From: Verrucomicrobiota bacterium
GTDB lineage: Bacteria > Verrucomicrobiota > Verrucomicrobiia > Limisphaerales > AAA164-E04
Direction: 5' to 3'
Length of the DNA: 64,000 nt
Assembly (NCBI GenBank): GCA_047947115.1
Contig: CP170459.1
Span: 4,768,001 to 4,832,000 of the forward strand
Numbering within the stretch: the first letter of the stretch is position 1; each line of letters starts with the position of its first letter. Of this stretch, positions 30,487 through 40,600 are shown piece by piece. Position numbers and translations under genes: made by a program. Under the pieces are notes generated by a model. It was not told where the DNA came from. It was given only the letters and a program-made list of their open reading frames with translations, and ran no database searches.

Positions 30487-33474
30487 ATGCAAAATAAAAT
30501 CTTAGGTTTAGATTTAGGTACAACATCTGTTGGCTGGGCTCTGATTCAAACGGGTGATGATGATGGAAAGATTCTCGGTGGAGGAGTACGGATTTTTCAA
30601 GGTGTCACAGAAGAGAAAACAGGGGCATTAAAAAACCAAAAACGGCGCGAAAAACGCGCCCAAAGGCGTAATATCCAAAGAAGGAGCAGGAGAAAAACTG
30701 CGCTTAAAAAAGCACTTACTGTTGCAGGTCTGTTGCCAAATGACGTGCTTGATCCGCATAAAGCTCCAAAAGTTTTAAACCAAATCCATCCTGACCCTTA
30801 TCTTCTCCGATCAAAAGCCCTTTCCACTAAACTTTCAGATTACGAATTGGGGCGTGCCATTTTAAACCTTGGCATGCGCAGGGGCTTTTTAAGCAATCGT
30901 AAAGCAGGAAATGATACGGACAGCAAACATGTCCAGCCGGCCATCGATAAACTGACTCAAGAGATAGAAGACACAGGATGCGCCTCCTTGGGGGATTACC
31001 TTGCGAATCAGCCAACAAAGAGAGGCAGGTATACCCATAGATCAATGTTTGAAAAAGAACTGAATTCCATCTGGGCGGCTCAAAGTCAGCACAACCCAAA
31101 GTTAACTTCTGAATTAAAATCAAAAATTGAACATTACCTGCTATTTCAAAATCCATTAAAAATTCAAAAATTTTTGGTAGGACAATGTGCTCTAGAGACA
31201 AGCAAGAAACGAGCGGCAAAGTGGCAGCCTATAGCGCAACGCTTCAGGATTTGGCAAGACGTCAGCCGAATTAGATTTACTCATACTGGGATGCCACTCG
31301 ATTGGGCTCAACAAAAGAAGCTGGTAGATGCATTGGAAAGTAAACCTAAGCTGTCATGGAAAGCTGTTAGAAAATTAATTGAATTGCCAGATGACACCAA
31401 ATTTAACCTAGAGGAAAGTGGAGCACTCAAGGAACTCAAAGGTAACGACACTAACGTCAAACTAACCAAAGCCCTTTCAAATTTCAACGAATCGCTTTCC
31501 CCTGAGAAGAAATCTAAAATTCTCGATTGGCTCGATACATCAGATACTGATGAATTTTTAATAAGGAAATTGAAAAAAGGTTTTAATTTCGATGAAAAAA
31601 CAATAACTGCCCTGACCAAGTGCAAATTGGCTTCAGGATACCTCCACCTGAGCGTGAAGGCCTGCAACAAAATAGTTGATGCATTTGAAACGTCCAAATT
31701 ACCTCTCAGCTACAGGGAGGCGGCGGAAAAAGCCGGTTATAACCTGAACGAGTTGAAAGATAGCGAAAATTTTCCTAATCGCCTGCCACTGCCGCCTAAA
31801 CTTAGAAATCCTACGGTCGAGAAGACTCTCTCCGAAACGCGCAAGGTCGTAAATGCAATCATTCGAAAATTTGGCAAACCAGATAGAATTCATCTAGAAA
31901 TTGCTCGGGACTTAAAAAATCCTAAGCGGGTTCGAGAAGAAATTCACAAACACAACAGGGAACAGGAAAAACTTCGTGAAAACGCCAAAAAAGTCCTTGA
32001 GAAAGATTTTGCTTGTTTCAATAGAGCAGAACCTAAAAAGGAGGACGTTGAAAAATACCTTTTGTGGAAAGAATGCTGTGAAAATGGCAGTAGCCAGTGC
32101 CCATATACGGGAACGGTCATTTCAGGAGACATGTTATTTACTAACCAAGTCCAAATTGAGCATATCATCCCTTACAGTAGATCGTTGGATAATTCCTTCA
32201 AAAACAAAACCTTATGCATCGCCGAAGAAAACGCGAGAAAAGGTAACAAAACTCCATATGAGCTTTATCACGGAACCGATCAATATGAAAAAGTTATGGA
32301 GCGAATCGCCCACCTCCCCTACGCAAAACGACAAAAATTTAAAATCAAAGAACTACCTCACAATCCAGATCCTCAAAGATTGTTGAATGATACAAGATAC
32401 ATCTGCAAGGAAGCGAAGAGCTATTTACAATTACTTGGTATTCGAGTTCAAGTATCCACAGGACAACTGACTGCCGGCCTAAGGCGCAAATGGAATTTAA
32501 ATGGCCTACTCAACGAAGATAATTCGAACACAAAAAATCGCACGGATCACAGGCATCATTTCGTTGATGCATTTGTTGTCGCTAACACATCATCGGGAAT
32601 CATAAATTTAATTTCCAGAATTTCCGCTAATGAAAGGACCAAGCGACAAACAACTAGTGGGCTATTTGGATTAAAATCAGAATTACTAGAACCTTGGCAG
32701 AATTTCAAATTGGATTTGAGGACTAAAATTGATTATATGGTGGTATCCCATGCTCCAAATCGTAAAATTGCTGGGGCATTACATGAGGAAACAGCTCTAG
32801 GAAAAGTTAGTTCTAATGGAAAAATGATGTTTGCAACAAGAATTTCACTGGACACAAATGTGACTTTGAAAAAAGTGGAAAGGATAGCTGATCCTGAAGT
32901 GAAAAAATTGGTAATTAACCGTATACAACAATTTGAGAATAATCCCAAAAAAGCTTTTGTTGATTTGGAAAGTTACCCACTTTTTCACGTAGACGGGAAA
33001 ACTCGCATCAAACGAGTAAGATTGCATACGAATGACTCAATAGAATCTCTGGCTGAAAGAAAACAAAATGGAGTCGCATATGCATATTATCGTAAAGGTA
33101 ATAACTACACAGTAATAATTTACGAACTTCCCGATGGTAGTTGGCAAGCAGAGTATTTCACGGCTTTTGACGCAGCCAGTGGAATAATAAAGAAAAGGGA
33201 GATAGATACTGGCAAACGTATAATCTTGGAACTTTGTAAAAATGACATGGTTGAGTTGGAAACTAACGGTATTAAGCAATATTACCGGCTACAGAAATTC
33301 AGTCCGCCAAACAATTCACTTATTTTTCGCCTTCACACAACGACAATTACATCCGATAAATCAAGAGAGACGCTTGTTGCCAGTACACCAAGTGGATTAC
33401 AATCTAAACAAATAAAAAAAATAATCGTCTCGCCGATTGGAGAAGTATGTTATGTCGGCAAAAAGAATTCTTGA
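30487..33474 (+). CDS. cas9: Type II-C Cas9, compact (995 aa)
   Basis: RuvC-I LGLDLGTTSVGWA, Arg-rich bridge helix, RuvC-II HLEIARD, HNH QIEHIIPYSRSLDNSFKNK..ENARKGN, RuvC-III HRHHFVDA. No csn2 or cas4 is present. Confidence 0.97.
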   Translation: MQNKILGLDLGTTSVGWALIQTGDDDGKILGGGVRIFQGVTEEKTGALKNQKRREKRAQRRNIQRRSRRKTALKKALTVAGLLPNDVLDPHKAPKVLNQIHPDPYLLRSKALSTKLSDYELGRAILNLGMRRGFLSNRKAGNDTDSKHVQPAIDKLTQEIEDTGCASLGDYLANQPTKRGRYTHRSMFEKELNSIWAAQSQHNPKLTSELKSKIEHYLLFQNPLKIQKFLVGQCALETSKKRAAKWQPIAQRFRIWQDVSRIRFTHTGMPLDWAQQKKLVDALESKPKLSWKAVRKLIELPDDTKFNLEESGALKELKGNDTNVKLTKALSNFNESLSPEKKSKILDWLDTSDTDEFLIRKLKKGFNFDEKTITALTKCKLASGYLHLSVKACNKIVDAFETSKLPLSYREAAEKAGYNLNELKDSENFPNRLPLPPKLRNPTVEKTLSETRKVVNAIIRKFGKPDRIHLEIARDLKNPKRVREEIHKHNREQEKLRENAKKVLEKDFACFNRAEPKKEDVEKYLLWKECCENGSSQCPYTGTVISGDMLFTNQVQIEHIIPYSRSLDNSFKNKTLCIAEENARKGNKTPYELYHGTDQYEKVMERIAHLPYAKRQKFKIKELPHNPDPQRLLNDTRYICKEAKSYLQLLGIRVQVSTGQLTAGLRRKWNLNGLLNEDNSNTKNRTDHRHHFVDAFVVANTSSGIINLISRISANERTKRQTTSGLFGLKSELLEPWQNFKLDLRTKIDYMVVSHAPNRKIAGALHEETALGKVSSNGKMMFATRISLDTNVTLKKVERIADPEVKKLVINRIQQFENNPKKAFVDLESYPLFHVDGKTRIKRVRLHTNDSIESLAERKQNGVAYAYYRKGNNYTVIIYELPDGSWQAEYFTAFDAASGIIKKREIDTGKRIILELCKNDMVELETNGIKQYYRLQKFSPPNNSLIFRLHTTTITSDKSRETLVASTPSGLQSKQIKKIIVSPIGEVCYVGKKNS

Positions 33475-34336
33475 GGTTTCCAACCCAGCTCACGTTAGCA
33501 CGTCTAGAAAACAATTACTAATAAATCAAAAGGAATGCCTTGTTGCATCGATTCCACTAGACGATCTAGAGTGTGTGATACTTTCCCACCCTCAAATCAC
33601 TGTCACGCAGCCACTACTTAAAGAGTGCTCAAAAGCAGAAGTGGTTGTAATCATTTGTGATGAGAGGCACATGCCTATTGGTTACTATTTTTCCCCCTTT
33701 GCGCATAATTTACATTCAAAAATATTAAAACATCAGGTGGAAGCCGGAGTGACTCTTAAAAAGAAACTTTGGAAAAAAATCGTAGAAACAAAAATTTTAC
33801 ATCAAGCCCTTGTCCTCAAATTAAAAAACAAAGATTTTTCATTTATATTAAACTTAAGCAAACGAGTTAAAAGTGGGGATTCTGACAATTATGAAGCACA
33901 AGCGGCTGCCTATTATTGGCCTAACCTTTTTGGCAAAAAGTTTAGGCGCGACCCTCATATAGATGGCATTAACTCCCTATTAAATTATGGGTATGCAATC
34001 ATGAGAGCATCTACTACTAGAGCTATTGTTGGAACGGGGCTGAATCCATCTTTGGGACTATTTCACCGTAATCAATACAATTCATTTTGCCTAGCTGATG
34101 ATCTAATGGAGATCGTCAGACCGTTGATTGATTCTAAGGTCTACGAAATTTGTGTGGATTTCATACCTGAGCTAAACCAAGAAACAAAAAGCCATTTACT
34201 CAGTACGCTTCAATCTGAGGTAAAATTCGATGGTTTGAACTATTTTTTAACTGACGCACTTGAACGTTGCGCCACATCTCTTGCGCAAGCATTACAATTA
34301 CAAGATGCTAAATTATTTAAATGCCTTTCGTTATGA
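33452..34336 (+). CDS. cas1: Type II Cas1
   Basis: VKSGDSDNYEAQAAAYYW, NSLLNYGYAI, GLFHRNQYNSFCLADDLME; overlaps the cas9 end. Confidence 0.96.
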   Translation: MSAKRILEVSNPAHVSTSRKQLLINQKECLVASIPLDDLECVILSHPQITVTQPLLKECSKAEVVVIICDERHMPIGYYFSPFAHNLHSKILKHQVEAGVTLKKKLWKKIVETKILHQALVLKLKNKDFSFILNLSKRVKSGDSDNYEAQAAAYYWPNLFGKKFRRDPHIDGINSLLNYGYAIMRASTTRAIVGTGLNPSLGLFHRNQYNSFCLADDLMEIVRPLIDSKVYEICVDFIPELNQETKSHLLSTLQSEVKFDGLNYFLTDALERCATSLAQALQLQDAKLFKCLSL

Positions 34337-34665
34337 TTCAAAGAGGAGGATTTCAAAGTATGTGGGTTATTGTTTTATTCGATTTACCAACAACAACCAA
34401 AAAGGAACGTAAACAATATTCAAATTTTCGGAAAAGTCTCTTAGAATCGGGTTTCCTTCAAATGCAATTCTCCGTTTATGCAAGGTTTTCGTCTAGTCCC
34501 GAAAAAGCTGATTCAATTCAATCCAAAGTAGTTGCTTCATTACCTCCCAACGGGGAAGTAAGAATACTGAGAATGACTGACAATCAATACGCAAGAATGA
34601 GAATATTTCGCAAAAAAGCAGAGATCGAAGTAGAGAATGCACCAACTCAATTGTGTTTTTTTTGA
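34333..34665 (+). CDS. cas2: Cas2
   Basis: MWVIVLFDLP...FRKSLLESGFLQMQFSVY...TDNQY...QLCFF. Confidence 0.95.
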   Translation: MIQRGGFQSMWVIVLFDLPTTTKKERKQYSNFRKSLLESGFLQMQFSVYARFSSSPEKADSIQSKVVASLPPNGEVRILRMTDNQYARMRIFRKKAEIEVENAPTQLCFF

Positions 34666-34712
34666 TGCATTTTAATGCTACTTATTGTTATTGTGAATGT
34701 TGCGCTAAGGGT

Positions 34713-35278
34713 AGTGTATCAAGCTATCCCCTGAACGCAATCCACAACAACTACGCTTGAAACCATGTCGAAAGTTCCGAGTGTATCAAGCTATCCCCTG
34801 AACGCAATCCACAACACATTCCTACGCTGAAACACATAGCACAAGAGTGTATCAAGCTATCCCCTGAACGCAATCCACAACAGGTGCGCCGACTACAAAG
34901 CGGTGGAAGGGAGTGTATCAAGCTATCCCCTGAACGCAATCCACAACAGGAGTGATTTGGGTGTTGTTTGGTCTTCCAAGTGTATCAAGCTATCCCCTGA
35001 ACGCAATCCACAACTTGCAAGGTTATGAGGTCAGCGGAGGTAAGAGTGTATCAAGCTATCCCCTGAACGCAATCCACAACTTGAATTTGGTAGGTGCCTG
35101 AGAAACGAATAGTGTATCAAGCTATCCCCTGAACGCAATCCACAACCATTCACTGAAACTGACTCTGATTCATGCGAGTGTATCAAGCTATCCCCTGAAC
35201 GCAATCCACAACCACACGCTCATTTTTGTCTGCTCGTATATCAGTGTATCAAGCTATCCCCTGAACGCAATCCACAAC
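34713..35278 (-). CRISPR. CRISPR array: 9 identical 36-bp repeats, 8 spacers of 30-31 bp
   Basis: Plus-strand repeat AGTGTATCAAGCTATCCCCTGAACGCAATCCACAAC starts at 34713, 34780, 34846, 34912, 34979, 35045, 35111, 35177 and 35243. Minus orientation is inferred from the GTTGTG start, the terminal extended -10 and tracr complementarity. Confidence 0.99.
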
Positions 35279-35637
35279 AGATCCAAGATTGCCTGAACAA
35301 TTTGGAAAGGGTTGGGCTCATCACACGGCTAAATCACAAAAAGGATCATAACAGGAAGCTGCGACTGAATCTCCGAGTTATAGCAGGAAAAAATCCTACA
35401 CAATCGAAAGCGCCAAAAATGCCAAAACTGAAGGCAGCAGAGTGGAGGAAACGCCAGAAGTTGGATCGAGTTGAAAAGAAAAGATCCCAAAAAGCAGAGA
35501 AAGAGGCGCGCGAGTTATTGGATGCGGCGCGGCGCGGAGGCAATCCAATACCAGAATCTGATAAGTTTGAACCATTTTACTGCCACCAAACTTCAAGGCT
35601 TAATGCTGATGAATTTGATGATGATCCAGTATTTTGA
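35278..35637 (+). pseudogene. 5'-truncated winged-HTH-like gene directly after the last repeat
   Basis: The frame is open from the repeat edge as QIQDCLNNLERVGLITR (resembles a wHTH recognition helix and wing), followed by a basic coiled region and an acidic tail. Confidence 0.45.
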
Positions 35638-36140
35638 TGAGAAATGTTTGTATCATCCCCAAACCTCAAGATGGAACACCCCGAATCTTCGGGATCCATC
35701 ATCCCGAAAGTTCAGGATAAAAGAAGACAACCGAAGGTATACCATTGAAGTAAACCTAATTTATTGTCAGACATTTTTTAGCAAAAATGCTTGACATCAA
35801 TATCACTAAGTTCATTGTAAGTTATTTATAAATTTTATTTAAAAAACGCCGCAACTTTTTTCTTGACCAAATAGTTCCCATTACTGGCATCATCGCTGAC
35901 GACCCTACCCCAATGATAAAACAGAGAAAATTGGAGTTTTTTTGAGTAGGAAGGGGGGCACCCATTTTCAATATCGAAGCCAGAATTAATTGATCATACT
36001 ATTTTCTGACTTAAAAAAAATCCGACCTAATAATTTTTCAAAATTTTTTAAAAAAAGATGATGTTTCTTTACCCTTGAACAGTCATTGTCTCACCCATCC
36101 TGATAATCTGATTTCCACAATGAAGATGCGAAAAGTAACT

Positions 36141-36314
36141 ATGAATAAAGATGGCAGGCCACGAAAATCTGACAGTGGACGCAAACGTGGAAGTATCAGT
36201 TTGATGCAGATTGAACTTGGGAAATTGCTGCCCCACCTTCAGGAAGGATCTATCATCACCATTGGCCGAAAATGGTATGAGGAAAATTTTAAAAAATTTG
36301 AGTTCCAACACTAA
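36141..36314 (+). CDS. Small basic hypothetical protein with AT-hook-like GRPRK
   Basis: MNKDGRPRKSDSGRKRGS...; 57 aa after an AT-rich intergenic region. Confidence 0.5.
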   Translation: MNKDGRPRKSDSGRKRGSISLMQIELGKLLPHLQEGSIITIGRKWYEENFKKFEFQH

Positions 36315-36352
36315 CAACCTTTAACCCAAAACTAGATAAAGAATCGTTTATT

Positions 36353-36718
36353 ATGAAAGTGCGCAATCATGATCTGGATCATCCAATAGGAATATATAAT
36401 GGATTGGTTTTTGAGAAGGCTGATGTCACCGATGACGTGGATGTTTTGCTTTTGGATGGAGGAAACAAGATGTTTTTGAATATCCACGTGGTGGAAAGTA
36501 ATGGCCATATGGGATCTTTTACAGGTTTGCTGGGTATGACAGGATCAAAGTCTTATGAACACCGGTCTCCTGATTGCAAAATCAATGCATCATTGAAGGA
36601 TGATGGTGTTTTAACCATAGATGAGGATTGTCGGTTTTGTTGTGGTGCTCGGGCGACTTTGATTGGTTCTTTTCCTTTGAAGGGTGTGGAGGAGTATCGG
36701 CTTTTTGGTTCGGAGTAA
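36353..36718 (+). CDS. Hypothetical protein
   Basis: 121-aa ORF, same strand as neighbours; ends with a C..FCCGARATL motif. Confidence 0.55.
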   Translation: MKVRNHDLDHPIGIYNGLVFEKADVTDDVDVLLLDGGNKMFLNIHVVESNGHMGSFTGLLGMTGSKSYEHRSPDCKINASLKDDGVLTIDEDCRFCCGARATLIGSFPLKGVEEYRLFGSE

Positions 36719-36917
36719 TGAGTTAGGCGGCTCCAATGAGATTATAGAGGTATTCTTCGGGTTTCAAAAGCGCCTGCATGCCGATTTGGAGGCATGACTT
36801 GTTAAGAAACTAAGGAAATCAGGAAATAAGTCTGCGTATGTATCATTTATTTGTAAAACAGGCCAAACAGGTGAACCCCTCTGTGCATTTTTTACGCATT
36901 GTTAACGAGGGCACTTT

Positions 36918-37580
36918 ATGAAGAACGTAACCAAGATCATACTTTTACTCGGCTGCTGGCTCAACATATGCGTCATTAGTGAGACAATTACCGGCAAGGT
37001 GGTCTCAGTCTATGACGGTGACACAATTACTATCCTTGATTACACCAACCAGATCAAGATACGTCTGGAGGGTATTGACACACCAGAGGCCAAGCAACCA
37101 TTCGGGACCAGAGCAAAACAAGCTTTATCCGAGATGGTGTTTGGAAAAGAGGTTAAATTGGAATGGAATGAGAAAGACCGATACGGTCGCACCCTCGGAC
37201 ACATACACATCAATGGCAAATGGGTTAATTTGGAAATGGTCAACCAAGGAATGGCTTGGCATTACAAACAGTATTCCAAAGATCAGCAACTGGCTGAGGC
37301 CGAGATAGCCGCCAGAAAAGCAAAACTTGGCCTTTGGTCTGACCCGAAGCCTGTTGCGCCATGGGATTGGCGTAAAGGGATAAGGCCAGAGGCTGAAATA
37401 GCAACCAAGAAGTCGGAGTCTGCTGATGAGGCGGCTCCGGCGTTTGTTTACATCACCGATACAGGAAACAAATACCATGTAGAAGGTTGTAGGTATCTGA
37501 AAGATTCAATGCATAAGGTGACGTTCGCGGATGCTAAAGGAGGAGGTCTGACAGCATGCAAGGTGTGTGGTGGTCAGTGA
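36918..37580 (+). CDS. Secreted thermonuclease (SNase) with C-terminal Ada-like metal-binding tail
   Basis: Signal peptide, VYDGDTI, IRLEGIDTPE, DRYGRTLG, GLWSD..PWDWRK; tail YITDTGNKYH...C...ACKVC. Confidence 0.92.
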   Translation: MKNVTKIILLLGCWLNICVISETITGKVVSVYDGDTITILDYTNQIKIRLEGIDTPEAKQPFGTRAKQALSEMVFGKEVKLEWNEKDRYGRTLGHIHINGKWVNLEMVNQGMAWHYKQYSKDQQLAEAEIAARKAKLGLWSDPKPVAPWDWRKGIRPEAEIATKKSESADEAAPAFVYITDTGNKYHVEGCRYLKDSMHKVTFADAKGGGLTACKVCGGQ

Positions 37581-37588
37581 CGCTTTGG
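37424..37588 (+). repeat. 165-bp nuclease-tail segment, with a diverged copy at 52291-52455
   Basis: Both copies run from TGAT(G/A)AGGCGGCTCCGGCG to GGTCAGTGACGCTTTGG and are colinear. Confidence 0.93.
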
Positions 37589-37626
37589 AGATGCTGCGAT
37601 CTTATGTAAGTGAAACAACAAAAAAA

Positions 37627-37678
37627 GTTTAGCATTAAATGGCCACAGCAAAATAAAATCGCACCATGACTAGGTTTT
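37627..37678 (+). repeat. 52-bp gene-leader segment, with a copy at 57278-57329
   Basis: GTTTAGCATTAAATrGCCACAGCAAAATrAAATCGCACyATrA..AGGTTTT; 46/52 identical by hand alignment. Confidence 0.85.
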
Positions 37679-40600
37679 CTTCACTACGCATAAACATCGC
37701 CACCTTTGTTACGGGCTTGGTGCTTTTCCAGTGCCAGCCTGCTCAGTCCCAAGAGGCATACATCACACCTTGGTTTCAATTTAGTATGGCCTCTGGTTGG
37801 AGCAAGATTGACCAAGGAGAACAGCCGCCAGAATTTCCCAGTATTTTCAGTCCTTCCTACAGCGGATACCAAGCCAATGTCAAAATTACTTTTGGTGGCC
37901 CTGTTGCCGAAACACTCACAGATCTTGCAAGAATCAAGAAAGCAAACTTTGATGATTTGTTACCGGGTCACACAGTTCTTGCAAATCGGTTCTTCAACAC
38001 TGAGCAAGGTTTCGCTGCCAATGAGTATTACCTAGATTTTCAGGGGAACCGTTTCCGTTACATTGATGTGTTGGTTCCATACGATGGATCAAATTTCCTT
38101 GGCAGTTTTCGGGCATCTATGCCATCCACTGATTCTTCTCAAATAACCGACCAAGAAGTTCTGCAGATGCTCAATTCCGTCAGGCCAATAATAGACGGAC
38201 CAAAGATCACAACACACCCCCAGTCACAGACGGTCGGTGATGGTGAAACCTTGGTTTTGAGTGTCGCTGTGAACTCCGAGGCTGAATATACGGTTGATTG
38301 GTACCGAAACGGAATTCCAATGGGACGCACAGGGAATACCCTACAAATCACGAATTTTCGGCAGACCAATTCCGGTGATTATTGGGCCATAGCTAAAAAC
38401 TTTGCAGGAGAAGTCCGAAGCAACACAGCCACGGTTACTTGGGAGGCAGTTGGAAATCCGCCGGAGTTCACAATTCAGCCGATTTCTCAACAAATTCAAG
38501 AAGGACAATCTGTCACGCTGACGGTAGAGGTCAGTTCCGCCGAAGTATACGAGACCATTTGGTACAAAGATGAAATCCCATTGGGGACCACTGGGACATC
38601 ACTAAACATTACATCCGTCAGCAAAAACGATGAAGGCGAATATTGGGCTGTGGCATCCAACCCATACGGTCAAGCAAGGAGTGCTATTGCAAGAGTTGAC
38701 ATTTTAGATGTCCCTTTGGCCCCCATATTCATTGCCCACCCAGAATCCCAAATCATAACTACAGGGCAGAGCGTTAGCCTTTCAGTTGAAGTGGATTCCG
38801 ATGATCCATATACACTTCAGTGGTTTAAGGATGGTAATTCTGTTCAATCAGTAGACGGAATATTGAGGATAAACGACGCTCAGCTTGGTGATAGTGGTAG
38901 TTATTGGGCGATCGCGTCCAATATTGCTGGATCTATCAAAAGTAACTTAGCGGTAGTATCCGTCATTCCAGATGCGAATCATTCAAAGATTTTCTACGCT
39001 GACGAATTCTCCTTCAGCATCCTGCCAACTTGGCAAGAGGTGCAGACTGGAGGATTTTACAACTCACTCATCGGGCCACTATCTGCAAAAGGAGGTCCAA
39101 TGCTGAGTTTGGTCCCTGATTTCACGTCGGGAGAAGGCCAGAGCCTGAAAGCATCAAAGGAGCTTTTTATTGAATCAAAATTTCCCACTTCCATTGTCAT
39201 TGACGAAGGTAATTTGGGTGAGGGTTTCCTTTATTCTTTGATTTCAAGCCACGGGTTAAACTATCTGATCTCAAGCGTAGAGCTGCAACATCAAGAAGGT
39301 GACAAATATCTTCACGGGTATTGTTACATCCCGGACATTACGGTTTTCGGTCAAATTCTCAATGACATATCAGTTATGCTGAATGGAATAGTGACGAATT
39401 TCAATCAGGAGCGTGTGTCATTCAAGAAGATCTTCTATCCGAATCAGGATGAATTTCTTGAAGGTCACCGAACGGTGATAACATGGCTCGGGGATGGAGG
39501 CATATTTGGTGGAACATTCAAAAAAGACCGGGACAGTTCGGATGAGTTTTTCATCTCTGATGGAGAAACGTTCATTCACATACCCACGTTTACAAGCATT
39601 GAAAAAGATGGAGCCGCGCTGGGTGTAGGCCACTCCAGAGATGGTGTGGATGATCGAGTCCTTTATGTCTCTCCGAGTATGGATTTAGCATACGGTAATG
39701 TGACACTGGAGGTAGACGGTTTCAGTTATGGACCAGTTTCATGGAAGTGGACTCCTTCTGAAGGAATGAAAAAACTTTTTCCAACCGACCAGCATTCATT
39801 CAAAAGAGTAGGGACATACAATCTTTTTTGGGAGCCCAAGCTGTTTGGTTTTTCATCTGACGGTCTTTTTGCTTTTGGGCAACATCATAACCCACTTTTC
39901 ATAGATGATAGTGGTCTACCCATAGGGTTGGAAAACCCTAGAGAATTTGACCGCACAGGCTATAAGGGGGAAGCAATATCATATAATGTATCCACTGGGG
40001 CCATAACTTATCTGGACGATTTCCCTGAAGGTATTACTTCTTCCGGTGCAAGGGATATTTCTCAGGATGGAAATATTGTCGTAGGCACAGGTAGATCTCC
40101 TCTGAATTCTGCAGCGATATGGGAGCCATTATTAGGTATAAGTCACATACCTTCTCCATCTCCTTCGGTCTATCCTAACTGGGCAGTAGCGGTATCTTGG
40201 GATGGTATACAAATTCTATGGGAGGGAAAAGTTGCTGATGGTCACACTGGATACATCTACAACAGAGCCGAGTTAAGCCATACTTGGACTGGGCTATATG
40301 GCGTTTATGATATGGACGATTCCGCGAATGTTGTAATAGGCAAAATGACTCGTCCTTCCGAAGTGTTTAGAGATGGGGCAATATGGACAACTTATGCAGG
40401 TGCAAATTGGTTGAAATCCATTATCAATTCTGAGCTTCAGAAAATCCCCGAGGTCTATGGTGTATCTCCAGATGGCACTTACATATACGGACACGATTCG
40501 GGGGATTCCTATATCGCTCACGATCCCTCCGCTAGGTGGGTTCCATCAAATTGGGGGGGAAGCCCCCATCAATCAGTTATAAGTCATGGTCTGGAGCTAA

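Noticed and set aside
27636..33474. CRISPR-associated transposon (CAST) or nuclease-dead Cas9
   Set aside because: No tnsB/tnsC/tniQ genes; Cas9 catalytic motifs and cas1/cas2 are retained.
34751..34939. 62-aa ORF with repeated CCGLRSGDSLIHS
   Set aside because: It is a translation of CRISPR repeats.
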